Below are positions 38,412 to 50,200 of a DNA stretch of 64,000 nt, piece after piece. Both the position numbers and the translations under genes were made by a program. The notes beneath the pieces are model-generated. The model did not search any database. It worked only from the letters and a program-made list of their open reading frames with translations, and had not been told where the DNA came from. The stretch comes from Eutreptiella sp. 'Long Island Sound 2002'. Its lineage: Eukaryota > Protista > Euglenida. How positions within the stretch are numbered: position 1 is the stretch's first letter; every line of letters starts with the position of its first letter. The DNA lies in assembly GCA_964036045.1 (NCBI GenBank), contig OZ038378.1:7564001-7628000 (forward strand). The letters are read 5' to 3'.

Positions 38412-40304
38412 ACGTCACGACAAATCAGAATGTTACCGCCTTGACTATGATTCAATCGCACACGGCCCCCACTTCCTAGTTACCTCCTTTCCTGATTCGT
38501 GTCCCGTACCTCCGAACCTTGCCCTCCCAACAGCCTAACTGCAGACGCAGACAACTGACGACCAACAAGGAAAGTAAGGAAAAACCAAGCGCTATAGGCC
38601 CGTAGGCTCCTCAAGGGTGCGAAGAACCGCATCAGGCAGTCGCGCAAATGGAAACAAAACACAGTGACAACCCGTGCCCTTGACTGCGGACAGACTTTTC
38701 TGGATGGCGCTGTCTATGCCATCACCGCATGAGGAACCACAAGCAATCTGGAAACTGTTCCCAGTGTCTGTAATAGGTTCGGCAGCACGCAAAATTTTTT
38801 CGAGTTGTTATCTACTCCCTGACCTGTCACAGTCGAATGTGTGGAAGCCGAAGCTTGGGGGCAGACAAGGTGGGGGTTGCCTTGGCGGGGAGGGCAGAGA
38901 GGAACTTACAGCTTTTTATTTTTAGAACCCACGACGCTCTTTCAGACCTCTTGGTTGCCCAGGTGTCCTCTCTTCCCCCCCCTGTAAGGCTGAAACTGAA
39001 CCCCGGCTACCCGGGCACCCAACCTACAGGCAGCACACTTTAACTCAGAAATAACGGTCCCAGATGAAAATAAAAATGAAAATTTCACAAAGCGGCGCTG
39101 CCTGTGGCCCCCAGAAAATAGAAAAATCGTGGGAGAATCATTCGGGGAAGAGGTCAAGAGCGCGTGGGGGGTTAAGGGGACTTCTCTGCCTACACATGGT
39201 CTAAGTCTCCGGGTCCCCCCATGACAGGGGGACCCCGATCGTGGTGGGACTGGCACTCTGGAGCCCCAGTCTCCTGTGGATGCAATATGAGCAGGAAGGG
39301 AGGAGGAGACCCGTGATCCTATGGGTGAGAGGGGAGGAGGGGGAAACATAACTGTGATTCATCTGCAGAGTCCGACATTGTGTGACGGACATGTTGCTAA
39401 AATAAAAACTGACATTGTTGTACCGCTGCTCCAAGAGGGGGAGGCCAGCGGTGCTGTACATTGTCTGCCGGCGGGGCAGGGGTCAGCCCGGTGCCGTCTC
39501 CACCTCCAGCGACCCCTGTGATAAATCCGTCCCCAGCCCAGACCCGGACATCTGGGAGGGGAACCCGTCCGCCAATTGAAACGATGTATGAGTCTGGTTG
39601 AACATCCTGCTCGGCTCCTATTTAGGTTGTGTGATGGCTGTGAGACCTGCTGTCACGGTTGCCCCGCATTGCATCGCAGGGCAGGACCGGTAGCCCCCCG
39701 TGACAGCAGATCCCTACCCGAAGGCCATGACTTTGCAGCATGTTTCAGCAACTGTGATGAAGTGACTAATTCCCAGACACTTCACAGTTTGTACCCCTGT
39801 TTGAACCCAGATTGATGCTCATAGGGTACTCTAGATGGATCCCAGGTACGAATCCCAGATCATACCCCAGGTGGAACACCAGTATGATCCCATGATACCA
39901 CCCTGATTGTACCCCACCTTTGTGATCTTCTAATCCCCATGTAAGTACCCCAGTTAGAACCCCAGGTTGAATACCCCAATGACCACCTGATATTCCCATG
40001 ATGGAACCCCAGGGAGATGAACTCCTGCTTGATGGATACATCTGTGAGCCCCCCCAGCAGGGAGGCGTCCGACTGACTCCTAGTATCCTTCCGACATCGT
40101 ATTCTGTCGAAACCTGAAAAGGAGTAGGAACCGTAATGGATTGTATCCTACCTACCTGGAGAGAGGAGCAGGAGCCCCTATTATTGTAACTGTACCTGAA
40201 CCCTTTCCCTGACTACTACTTCTGTCTACCCTGATGTCGTTGATTGTTGACCCTTCCTACCTTTACCCTGTGAGGCATCGAAGATGTGGAACTGGTTAAG
40301 GATT

Positions 40305-40713
<409 letters not shown>

Positions 40714-43354
40714 GCCCCTGCTGGAGACGCGCATGGACTCTGCCAAGCAAGCACTGCGCAAGGTACGCACCCTGCCGGTGGGGCTTGAGGGCCGCGCGAT
40801 CATTGTGGCTGTCATGGTCCTGGCGGCGGGGCTGTATGGGGTGGAGCTGGCGGAGGCTGGCCTGAAGCACATTGCGGGACTGGACACGGCGGTCATGCAT
40901 GCACTGTGGGGAACCAGCAGGCCGTGCAGAGCCAAGGAAATTCTGTTTGCCCTCCCGGTGCCAGGGCACCGAGTGGCGCCGAGCATGGTGGTGCCGTACC
41001 GCAGAATCTGCTGGCTGGCGCGCATGGCGCGCACCAGAGGGACCCCGCAGACCATTGCACAGGCAGTGTGGGAGCATCGCACGGCCAACAGAGTTCAAGG
41101 CCCCATGGGACAGGCCCTGAAGGAACTCAGCTGGCTGGGATGGCAGGCCACCTGCGGATGGTGGCAGTGGACATACCCGGGGGCGCTAGCCCCGGTGAAC
41201 ATGGCGATGGAGTCCCAGGAGGCGGTCGAGCACGTCGTCAGGGAGGAGCTGCGGAAACGAGAGCTCCTGCGGGTCGAGCGCCGCCGGCCTTGGCTGTTCG
41301 CGGGCATAGGAGGAAGCATTCACAGAGGGCTGACTCTGGCCTACCTACACACCTGCACAGCGGAGATGGACAAGTCCATCCTGAGAGGGGCCCTGACAGG
41401 GGCCATATGGACAGCGGTCCGCGCAAACGAGAGGGGTCTACGGCCCACGCGTGTGTGCCCGTACTGCGACAAGCAGGAGCCGGAGGACGAGGAACACCTC
41501 CTCTGGAGATGCACAGCGTGGAAGGCGAAGCGGGAGCCCTTAATCGCCGAAATCATGCTGCTGGCCGAGGCACTGAAGCTAGGCTCCCTCCGGGAATGGC
41601 CCCCGTGTATACGCCTATGCGGGATCATCCCCGACAGCGTGGTCCTAGCCAGCGGCATTGGAGAGGGCGAGAGATGGCGCAAGCGATGCATGGACCTAGG
41701 CAGGGTGCCCAGGCACTGGTTACAGCGACCGTTGGAGGATGTGGAGGACCGCCTGCGGGAGGTGGACCGCCTGGCGGAAGCAGGAGCGGCATGGGCGGCG
41801 CAGGACACCCACCCGTGGCAACTGTTTGCAATGAAGTTACATGAGATGTTCCCGGGCGTCCTTCGAGACCGCAAGGGGGCCGACGACAAAGCGGGCAGCC
41901 TCTTCCCCACCAGCCACCGGAAGGAGCCGCGCAACACATACCCATGGCACTTGCTGCAGCTACCACAGCCGCAAGGGGTACCCACGCCCCCCCCCCCCCC
42001 CGTACTGGGGGCCATGCCGAGGGAATGGCGATGGGGCCCAGACCTCCTACCCATGGTAATCCGGTGGACGACGGAGCTACAGTGGCTGACGATGCCGCCT
42101 ACGGAGCGCCGACGGCCAAAGGCCCACTGGCAGGTCTCGTACATGGAGCTGGCTCTGGATTTTGAAGCGTATGCCGGACGGCAGCTGCCGCCAGCACCAC
42201 AATCACGATTCGTGGGGTGAGAAATGCCCCTCCAGGAGAAAGCCAGAGTGCTCAGGCTCATCACCACGCTCATGGGAAGGGCCGTGGGACAGGACACTAT
42301 CTTGCCGGCCAAGATGACCAACCACGGCAAGACCCTAATCCCTATGGGAGCGGGACTGGTCATGGGGCTGGAGGGAAGGCCCTTTTTCACCAGGCCGCTG
42401 GAGGTCTCGCGCCACCTACAACGACTCCGGGCGTATGGGGAGGAGAGATGGGCGCAGAGGCAACGGTCTAAGCAGGCACAGAAGAAAGCCAGACGCGACA
42501 GGGCGCAGGGCGCCAAGCCGCAACGCAACCCAGCGACGCCGGCGGACAGGAGGCGGTGCCCGGCAAAAGGGGGAGCCAAGCGCTCTGCGCTGCACTACGG
42601 CACGGACTTCTATGCGAAACCCACAGTACCGGACGGCAGGAGGCACCCCCCCTTTCAAGTGGTGGACATGGGGCCAGAGAATGGGAGCCAGGAGCCACAT
42701 ACCATACGCTTCACACCACAACACGCGCGCACACGGCAATGCAGGCCGGAGACACACAAGCGGCGGCGAAAGACGTGGGTGTGCGAGGCACACGGACACC
42801 CACCGTGCAGAGCGTGCGCGCTGGCGCACAGGGGAGTACGGTACTGCTGTGCCCGAGGGCACCAGGGGCACCCGCGGGTGCCTGCGATGTGCCCCCCTGC
42901 CGCGGGGCGAGCCCCCACCCCACTGCGCCGCCTGGGGGCGCGCAGAGCCAGCCAGAGGACACCGGGTCGGGGGGAGGGGGGACAACCCCCAGCCCCCAAG
43001 AGACGCGTCACGCGCACGCCGGTGAGGGGGGGGGGGGGGCACGCACCAGGGGCGCCCAGCGCCCAGAGCCAGCCCCACCACTGGCGCACGGGGACGAAGC
43101 GACGGAGGGGAGAGACACCTCCCCAGGGCGGCCCGCCGGGCAAACGAGCACGCCGGCCGGAGCGGCATGGGCGTGCAGGCACTGAGGTCTCATAACCCCC
43201 AGCCGCCAGAGGCTCTGGCCTAGGCGAGGGTGACAACACTCAAGGGGGGCCAGTGCAGTCATGATGATTCTCATCAGACAGGCACAGGCCCCCTCCGCTG
43301 GGCGCCCACCCCTGGACCCATGCAGGCCTTCCTCTTTAATATGGTATCCCCCCC
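40714..43354 (+). mobile_element. 5'-truncated non-LTR retrotransposon (post-RT C-terminal region plus 3' UTR)
   Basis: ORF from ~40712 has LINE post-RT features (ALRKVRTLP..AAGLYGVE, CPYCDKQEPEDEEHLLWRC zinc finger). It continues in the same frame past a single TGA (42218-42220) to TAA 43195, followed by ~160 nt of UTR and a (CACATA)n tract. Confidence 0.82.
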
Positions 43355-43359
43355 TACAC

Positions 43360-43450
<91 letters not shown>

Positions 43451-43453
43451 TAC
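43355..43453. repeat. (CACATA)n microsatellite, array 3 (tail or target of the second LINE)
   Basis: Direct reading. Confidence 0.97.
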
Positions 43454-44450
43454 GGATAACATGGTGCGAGCTTGATCTCATGTTTTACTGCAGGACTCGG
43501 AGGTTTTGAGAGGGAATACATATGTAGATGGGCTCCTGCTGGACCACAACCGTTCGTGGAATTGTTCAGCAGCATTTAGCCCCTGCAAGGGTAGGCCGCA
43601 GAGGAGGCGGCCTAAGCGCTTCATTCAGGGGTTCTGTTCTAATGGAGGTGAGGCGGGTAGGGAGAGGAGGGGTCGGTATGCCTTTATAAGTCCGCCTGCC
43701 TCCACGAAGAGCCTGTCCCCCCCCTTTGTTTTGATGGCTTTCTGGGGACTCCATATTTTGTTCAGATAAGCCTTTGGGCCGTGGGACTTTTTTTTTTGGC
43801 CTTTGAGGCTTAACTTCAGCTGTTTTGTTTTGTGCCTAGACACCAGATTGGATTTTGTGCTTACGTTTTATTATTTGATATCTCGAGCCTTCTCATAAAC
43901 CCCCACACCACTCATGGTGTTCTTGGGTGGTGGGCAGATGCACACATGGCAGCAGTGCGCCTCTTCATCTGAGGTGAGGGTCATCACTGAGGGGGGCACT
44001 CACTGGGCCAGAGCAGCATGTGGCATGTCATATATCACAGGCATCTGGAGGCACACGACAGTTCCGTTCCTGTCTGGTTGCAGGCCCAAGCCCGATTCAG
44101 GAATGCAGGAAAGATCCATTGGTTTGTTGGCACAGATCCTCATCAGCCCCGGGAACTCCGTGTAGGCGTGGCAGTCATCCCACTGCGTAGAGCTGTCAGG
44201 ATTTGAGGCCCAAATAGACGTCCCACCGCCCCTGGCGGCTTGTGGTCTCCCACACGGGACAACCCATGTTGTACTTTATCTGGCATGAAGGTCTGGTCAC
44301 ATCCTTCGAGCACTTAGAAGGCACGCGTATGTCTGAGTTCAAAAGAAAAAATAGGAACAGATCCTCATCAGCCCCCTTTCCTCCGAAACCCACGCCCAGC
44401 AATCCTCTTGGCGTCGGTTTGACGAGGCAGGCACCCCGTTCTTCCACGTC

Positions 44451-44462
44451 GTCGTCTCGCAG
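44451..44462 (+). promoter_or_regulatory. Candidate trans-splice acceptor for FDH
   Basis: Pyrimidine-rich cttccacgtcgtcgtctcgcAG lies 19 nt upstream of ATG 44482; inference. Confidence 0.45.
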
Positions 44463-44481
44463 ACACCCCTTCGCAAGAGCA

Positions 44482-45271
44482 ATGTCCTCTCTGCTTCGGA
44501 CCAGGGCCATGGCCATGCAGCGCCAGATGGCCACCAGGCCCCCTCCCCCCAGCGGCATCAAGGTGGTGTGTGCACTGTACCCCGATCCAGTGGCTGGGTA
44601 CCCGCCCCCATACCTCCGCAGCTCCATTCCCACCATTGAGCAGTACCCGACGGGTATGCCCACGCCGACTCCAACCGCTTTGGACTTCGTCCCAGGGCAG
44701 CTGGTGGGCTGTGTCTCCGGGGAGTTGGGCCTCCGTAAGTTCCTGGAAGAGAGGGGCCATGAATACTTTGTGACCGCGGACAAGGATGGCGAGGGATGCT
44801 TGATGGAGAAGGCGCTTGCCGATGCAGAAGTCGTGATATCGCAGCCGTTTTACCCGTTCTACCTGACGGCTGAGCGCATGGCCAAGGCCCCCAAACTGAA
44901 ACTCGCAATCACCGCCGGGATCGGCTCAGACCACGTCGATTTGGAGGCAGCCGCCCAGCACAAAGTCGATGTACTGGAGGTGTGTCAGCAACTTGCAAAG
45001 GGGCTGGAGGTCCCACGAAGCTCTCCATCTCGCTCGCACCCATGCGCGCGCGCGCCCAAGCACGCACGCACACACGTACGCACGTGCGCCGAATCAGAGG
45101 CAAAGCCAGAGGCAAAGGCATCGGGGTTGTGGGCTTGGTAGGGCGCACCATGTCGTGCATGCCAGACAGGCACAACAGCGGAAAGGAAGGCCAAACATTG
45201 CTGCAGTATGGCCTAAGGGACGTGATGTATGACTGCAAATGCTATTTTCTGATTTCAAATTGGTTTGGGCG

Positions 45272-45308
<37 letters not shown>

Positions 45309-45599
45309 GGCATTGTTTTTGTGAGCCACGTACAAGCAGCACCATGCCGGTCACTCCATCGCCGTGTGCTGTGGCAGGCTCGCCCACCAAGGGGCCCCTG
45401 CACCGGGGAAGGAGCAGGCAGATGGGGATGCAGGGTGCGGTAGGGGGCACAGAACGACTGTATGTAGTCTTCGTGTTGTGCAGAGAGGGAGGAAAGGCTG
45501 CAGGAGGCGGACGACCAAACATTGCTGCAGTGCGGACATTGCTGTAGAGAGGTGCTGTATGATAGCGAACGCTTTGAGATTGTTGAAATGATTGGGTGT

Positions 45600-45630
<31 letters not shown>

Positions 45631-45871
45631 TGTGATTCAGCAGAAGGGGTGGACCACAGACACATAGAGAACTGACGTGCCAGCTCAAATGTGTCTACCG
45701 CCCTCAGGCTGCATATGGATCTCCCTCGTAAATAATACAAGCAAGAGCGGCCAGGACATTAACAGACGCCAAGCCTCGTAAATAGTACAGAGCACACACA
45801 CACACACACACACAGAGCGTAGATGTGATATATGTTAGCGAACGCTATGAATTTGTTCAAATCGTTGGGCA

Positions 45872-45916
<45 letters not shown>

Positions 45917-46305
45917 GAGAGGCGTCCGAGCCGTCAGCATCTCGTGGGTTGCGGACTCCATGTACTGTTGTGGGCTCGTGCTGACACAGGGGTCGCAGCA
46001 TGGGCATTGGGATGTGGGGCAAGGAGTTCATGGCGACGCCATCCCATGTGTGGCCACTGACGGAAGTGTAGTGTGGGTGAGGGTAGGTGCGGTATGCAGA
46101 CACGTGGGGCCCATTCTCAGCAGAGGCAAATAATGGAGCAGAGGGAACTACCAGGTGTCGAGAGGACGAGCAGTAAAGTGTTCTTCTGATTCGCAGCGGC
46201 GCGGAACTACAATGCAAAGCCTGTGCACATGTGCACAGAACTAGGGGATGCGAACGTGGGTTTCGACCCCAAAACATTTGGCAACAGATCTCTCTCTCTC
46301 TCTCT

Positions 46306-46360
<55 letters not shown>

Positions 46361-47234
46361 ACGGTACCGATTATGCCAACACGGTGGGGTTTTGGGGTTT
46401 GGTGCCATTGTTGTCTCATTTGAGTCCACTGAGTGTCCCGGAGGTAGGGGTATGTGGGGTATATTCGGGAAGCCATTGAAAACGGCTATTTGGAACACCC
46501 GGGTCTGCATGTTGTACTGACGACATGTTTGAGATTTTTCTCCGTTTTGGGCGGTGCCTGTGTTGCTTGCTGCCTTGTTTTGTCAACAATAGCGTGCAAT
46601 GTTCCGACGGTGCTCGGCCCGGTGCTCCAACATATCGTTTCGGTGCCCAAAAAGGGGGATTGAAATTTGTGCATTTTGATGTGCTGAATTCAAAAATATA
46701 AGAGTTTGGGCTCACCAAGACGATATGTGAGAGAAATTGCCAATCTGTGTCAAAAAGGTCACATGTCACTCCGTCTCTATGATGGCTCTCAGTAGTGTGG
46801 CAGTAGACCTTGGGCCACTAAACTGGGAAGTTCTTAAACATACCGTATCGTTGAGCCCAAACTCTTGCATTTTTGAATTCAGCATATTGAAAGACACAAA
46901 CTTCCATCCCCCCTTTTTCGGCATCGAAACTATGTGTTGGAGGACTGGGCCAAGCATCCTGAAACCCTGTACATAGCCCAGACCCTGAAAACCCTGCACA
47001 CCGTGAAACGCTGAAAAGCTCAGCTTCGGTACTCAAAAATACGGTCTCCTACCGCCCCCCCCATGACCCATACCTCTTCGAAACGGCTTTTTCTTGCAGA
47101 TGTCAAAAAGTGTACACATAACCCCCCCAAGGGAACGAAATTTTGCCGCATCGGACCAAAACTTCAGAAAACCATGGAAAAGTGCCAAAACCCACCGCGT
47201 TGGCATTTAACGAATGTCCCCGAGAGAGAGAGAC

Positions 47235-47295
<61 letters not shown>

Positions 47296-50200
47296 CCTCT
47301 CTATAACATGAGCCGCAGCACCTGCCCCATGGGCATGCGGATGGGGGTATTGGCCTATTGCACAATGAAAAGGTTCCCCAAATGGCAAAACAATCGTCAG
47401 CATAGTCCCTTTTTGATTGAAAGGCAGCGGCGCTGGTGATTGCTCGTGCGGCGACGGCCTAAACCCAAAACTGAAGTCGCTGCCTCACCCTGAATTGTTG
47501 GGATTCCTTCCTTGGGTACACTGGTTTGCAACCGCCAGCTGCACTGCAGGGTACGCCCCACGTGACATCCCTCATTATCTCTTGGGCCGCCGAATCTTAG
47601 AGGGTGTGAAGCCGCTTGCTGCGATGAAGGACGCCCTAGTGTTGCCCACCCTCACGCTGGCTGTCTGTCCATCAGCCCCACAAGCCACATGCCCCTCTCT
47701 GTGCACTGCATCAGATATGCCCGTAAGACCTGTAGACAACTGAGAAACGTGCTTTAGACCAGGGTATTAAGGTGTTGGTGCGCCCGCGCGCGCGCGTGTG
47801 TGTACGCATGATTGGATGGCTGCATCCAATACAGACAGCCCCCCTTTTGCCTGGCATTGTGTTGGTGGTGGTGCTTGCGATCACTGGCATTACTGCTGCA
47901 GTTGGACGGCTTGTGCTGTTTATGGGCGTTTGTGGTGTGTGACTGGACCCTTGGTGCAGCAACCGGCCTCTCGCAGAAATCAGCGATGTCAGTGAGACGT
48001 CACACCAAGGTGCTCGCTGATGGAGAGAGATAACCTGGTGAACCCAGGTTGCAGCTGGCTCTGAGCACCAGTCACTGTTTGTTTGTTTCTGTGTGCCATG
48101 TATGATGTATCACGGGGTCTGCTCTGCTATCAGATTCCTGCACAGTTTCACACTGTATACATGGTTTGCACATGACTGTTAGTTCTCAGTTCTTACTTCG
48201 TTCTAACCCTGTGTGTGCATGTTCGTAGGTGGAGGCAAGGATCCCACTGGTCATTACCAGCAACCGCTGCATGAGCCAGTTGCTTTCCCCCTTCTGTGCA
48301 GGCTTCATACCATTGCCTTTCTGGCCTGCCCACAGGACCCCTTGCCAGTGCAGCTCTACTACACCTCCATGCCACACCAGGGGGCAACCCTCACTGAATC
48401 CCGATGCACAGGCCAGGTTTTCATGCCTGAGATCTTCTTTAGTTTGCAGGGGGCTGTGCCTTCTTGGTGCTGCGAATGTCTCCATCCACTGTTCCTTTTC
48501 TTGGGCACAGGTGACATACTGCAATAGCATCAGCGTGGCTGAGCACGTGGTTATGATGATCCTCAGCCTCGTACGGAATTACCTGCCGTCCAATCTAATG
48601 GTCCGGGAGGGGGGCTGGAACATTGCGGATTGTGTGGCGAGGGCATATGACGTGGAGGGTATGCATGTGGGCACCGTGGCAGCTGGTCGCATAGGCCTAG
48701 CTGTGCTGCAGCGACTCAAGGCCTTTGATTGCAAGTTGCATTACACTGATCGGCATCGGCTGCCCCGAGAGGTTGAGATCGAATTGGGGCTGACATTTCA
48801 CGACACCGTAGACGAAATGGTGAAGGTGCTTATGTCTCCCGCAGCTGAACCCCTCCCTTTTCATTCCCATCTGACTTTCCCACTTGAACCTCCATGTTGA
48901 TCTTCCTGCCCCACACCTTATGCCCATCCACTTACGACCCCCTTCTCCCCCGATTACACCCCACCTCTGCCCTCAAGGCTCTCCTGCTTGCCCCCTTTTG
49001 CTTTGCGTAGTCGTGACTTGAATGAAGTTCACATAGAGAGAATGGAGAGCTCCCCTGCCGTGGTTACAGATACAAACAGAGGGGGGCGCTAAGAAGTTGT
49101 AAAGGGCGAAGAAATAGTAGTCTGGGGACCGCATGGTATCTTCAGTTGCAATGTGCATTGGAGCTATGTGCAGCGCTAAGCTTGCTGAAGTTCTGGCGGA
49201 GGAAACGTTGCTGTAGTTTCTGAACACCTCGTCTTCGGGGCAAAGTACTCCAGTTGTAGCAGCAAGGTTGGCAAGGCTCGCATGGGCCATTGTCCAATTT
49301 GTGTATGCGGGCCCAAGTTGGTGCACTGTATCGAACAATGGTTGCCACTTGTTGGGGTGAACATGCTTAGGCACATGCACTTGGAGGCCAATACGAGCGT
49401 GAGTGAATTTTTGTGAGAAGAGATGTGCTTCAGTGTGTTGTGGAGGGCTCGGGCTGGGGACAACAGCACTCCTGATGGCGGCCTAGGATGGAGATGGAAA
49501 CAAAGCGGAGATCCCCCTCCCCTGCCTCCTCAGAGACAGCATCCTTAGGGAATGCACATGCCCTTTCGAGATTGTGGGTACACGGAGGAGAGGCACTGAG
49601 ATTGGTGGCCTAAGCAGTGCCTTAAGCTGCGTATACCCAGGGCTACCTCTGATTTTCTCTTCCTCCACTCACGGGGAACAGTCCAACTTACTCTTCGTTT
49701 GTTTACAACAGGAGAAAAAAGTACATGAACTCAGACGAAGATGTAAATCCCACACAGAAAACTAATAATGCTTGCGGGTAAATGCAATGTTGCGTGATAA
49801 GGGATGGAAAAAACGAAACTAGAACAAACGCTTGGGGCCAGAAGGCCCAAGCAACCCCCCGCACTGCTGGGTAGCATGCGGCCAAGGAGGAGAAGAAGCG
49901 GTGAATGCCCCTACAGCTCTACTCACAAGATATACCAAGGTACCGGGACAGCAGGGGAAGGGAGTGAAGAGGCGGAGCAGGAGCAGTGCGGTTTCACAAC
50001 TGCTGGAGGTAGTGAGCTGGGGGGCGGCCAGCACACAGTCCAAGATGATGCAGATGCGGCTGTGCAGGGACAAATTTCATACACACAAATTGCAACAGGC
50101 CCTCAAGCTTCAGTGCTCCATTACCAAGCAAACAGGGGGGCTGCAGCTACAGTGGTGAAGGCAGTGGCGGCAGTTGGTGCTATGCTTGCAGGTGACCAAG

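Larger units (their letters stand above)
30797..38500 (-). mobile_element. Decayed non-LTR retrotransposon (LINE) with APE endonuclease, RT, RNase H and CCHC; 5' boundary approximate
   Basis: 3' tail (CAAAT)n at 30797-30820 in element sense. Fragmented upstream ORFs at 36700-37660 include an RRM-like DMLSQFGEV. Confidence 0.88.
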
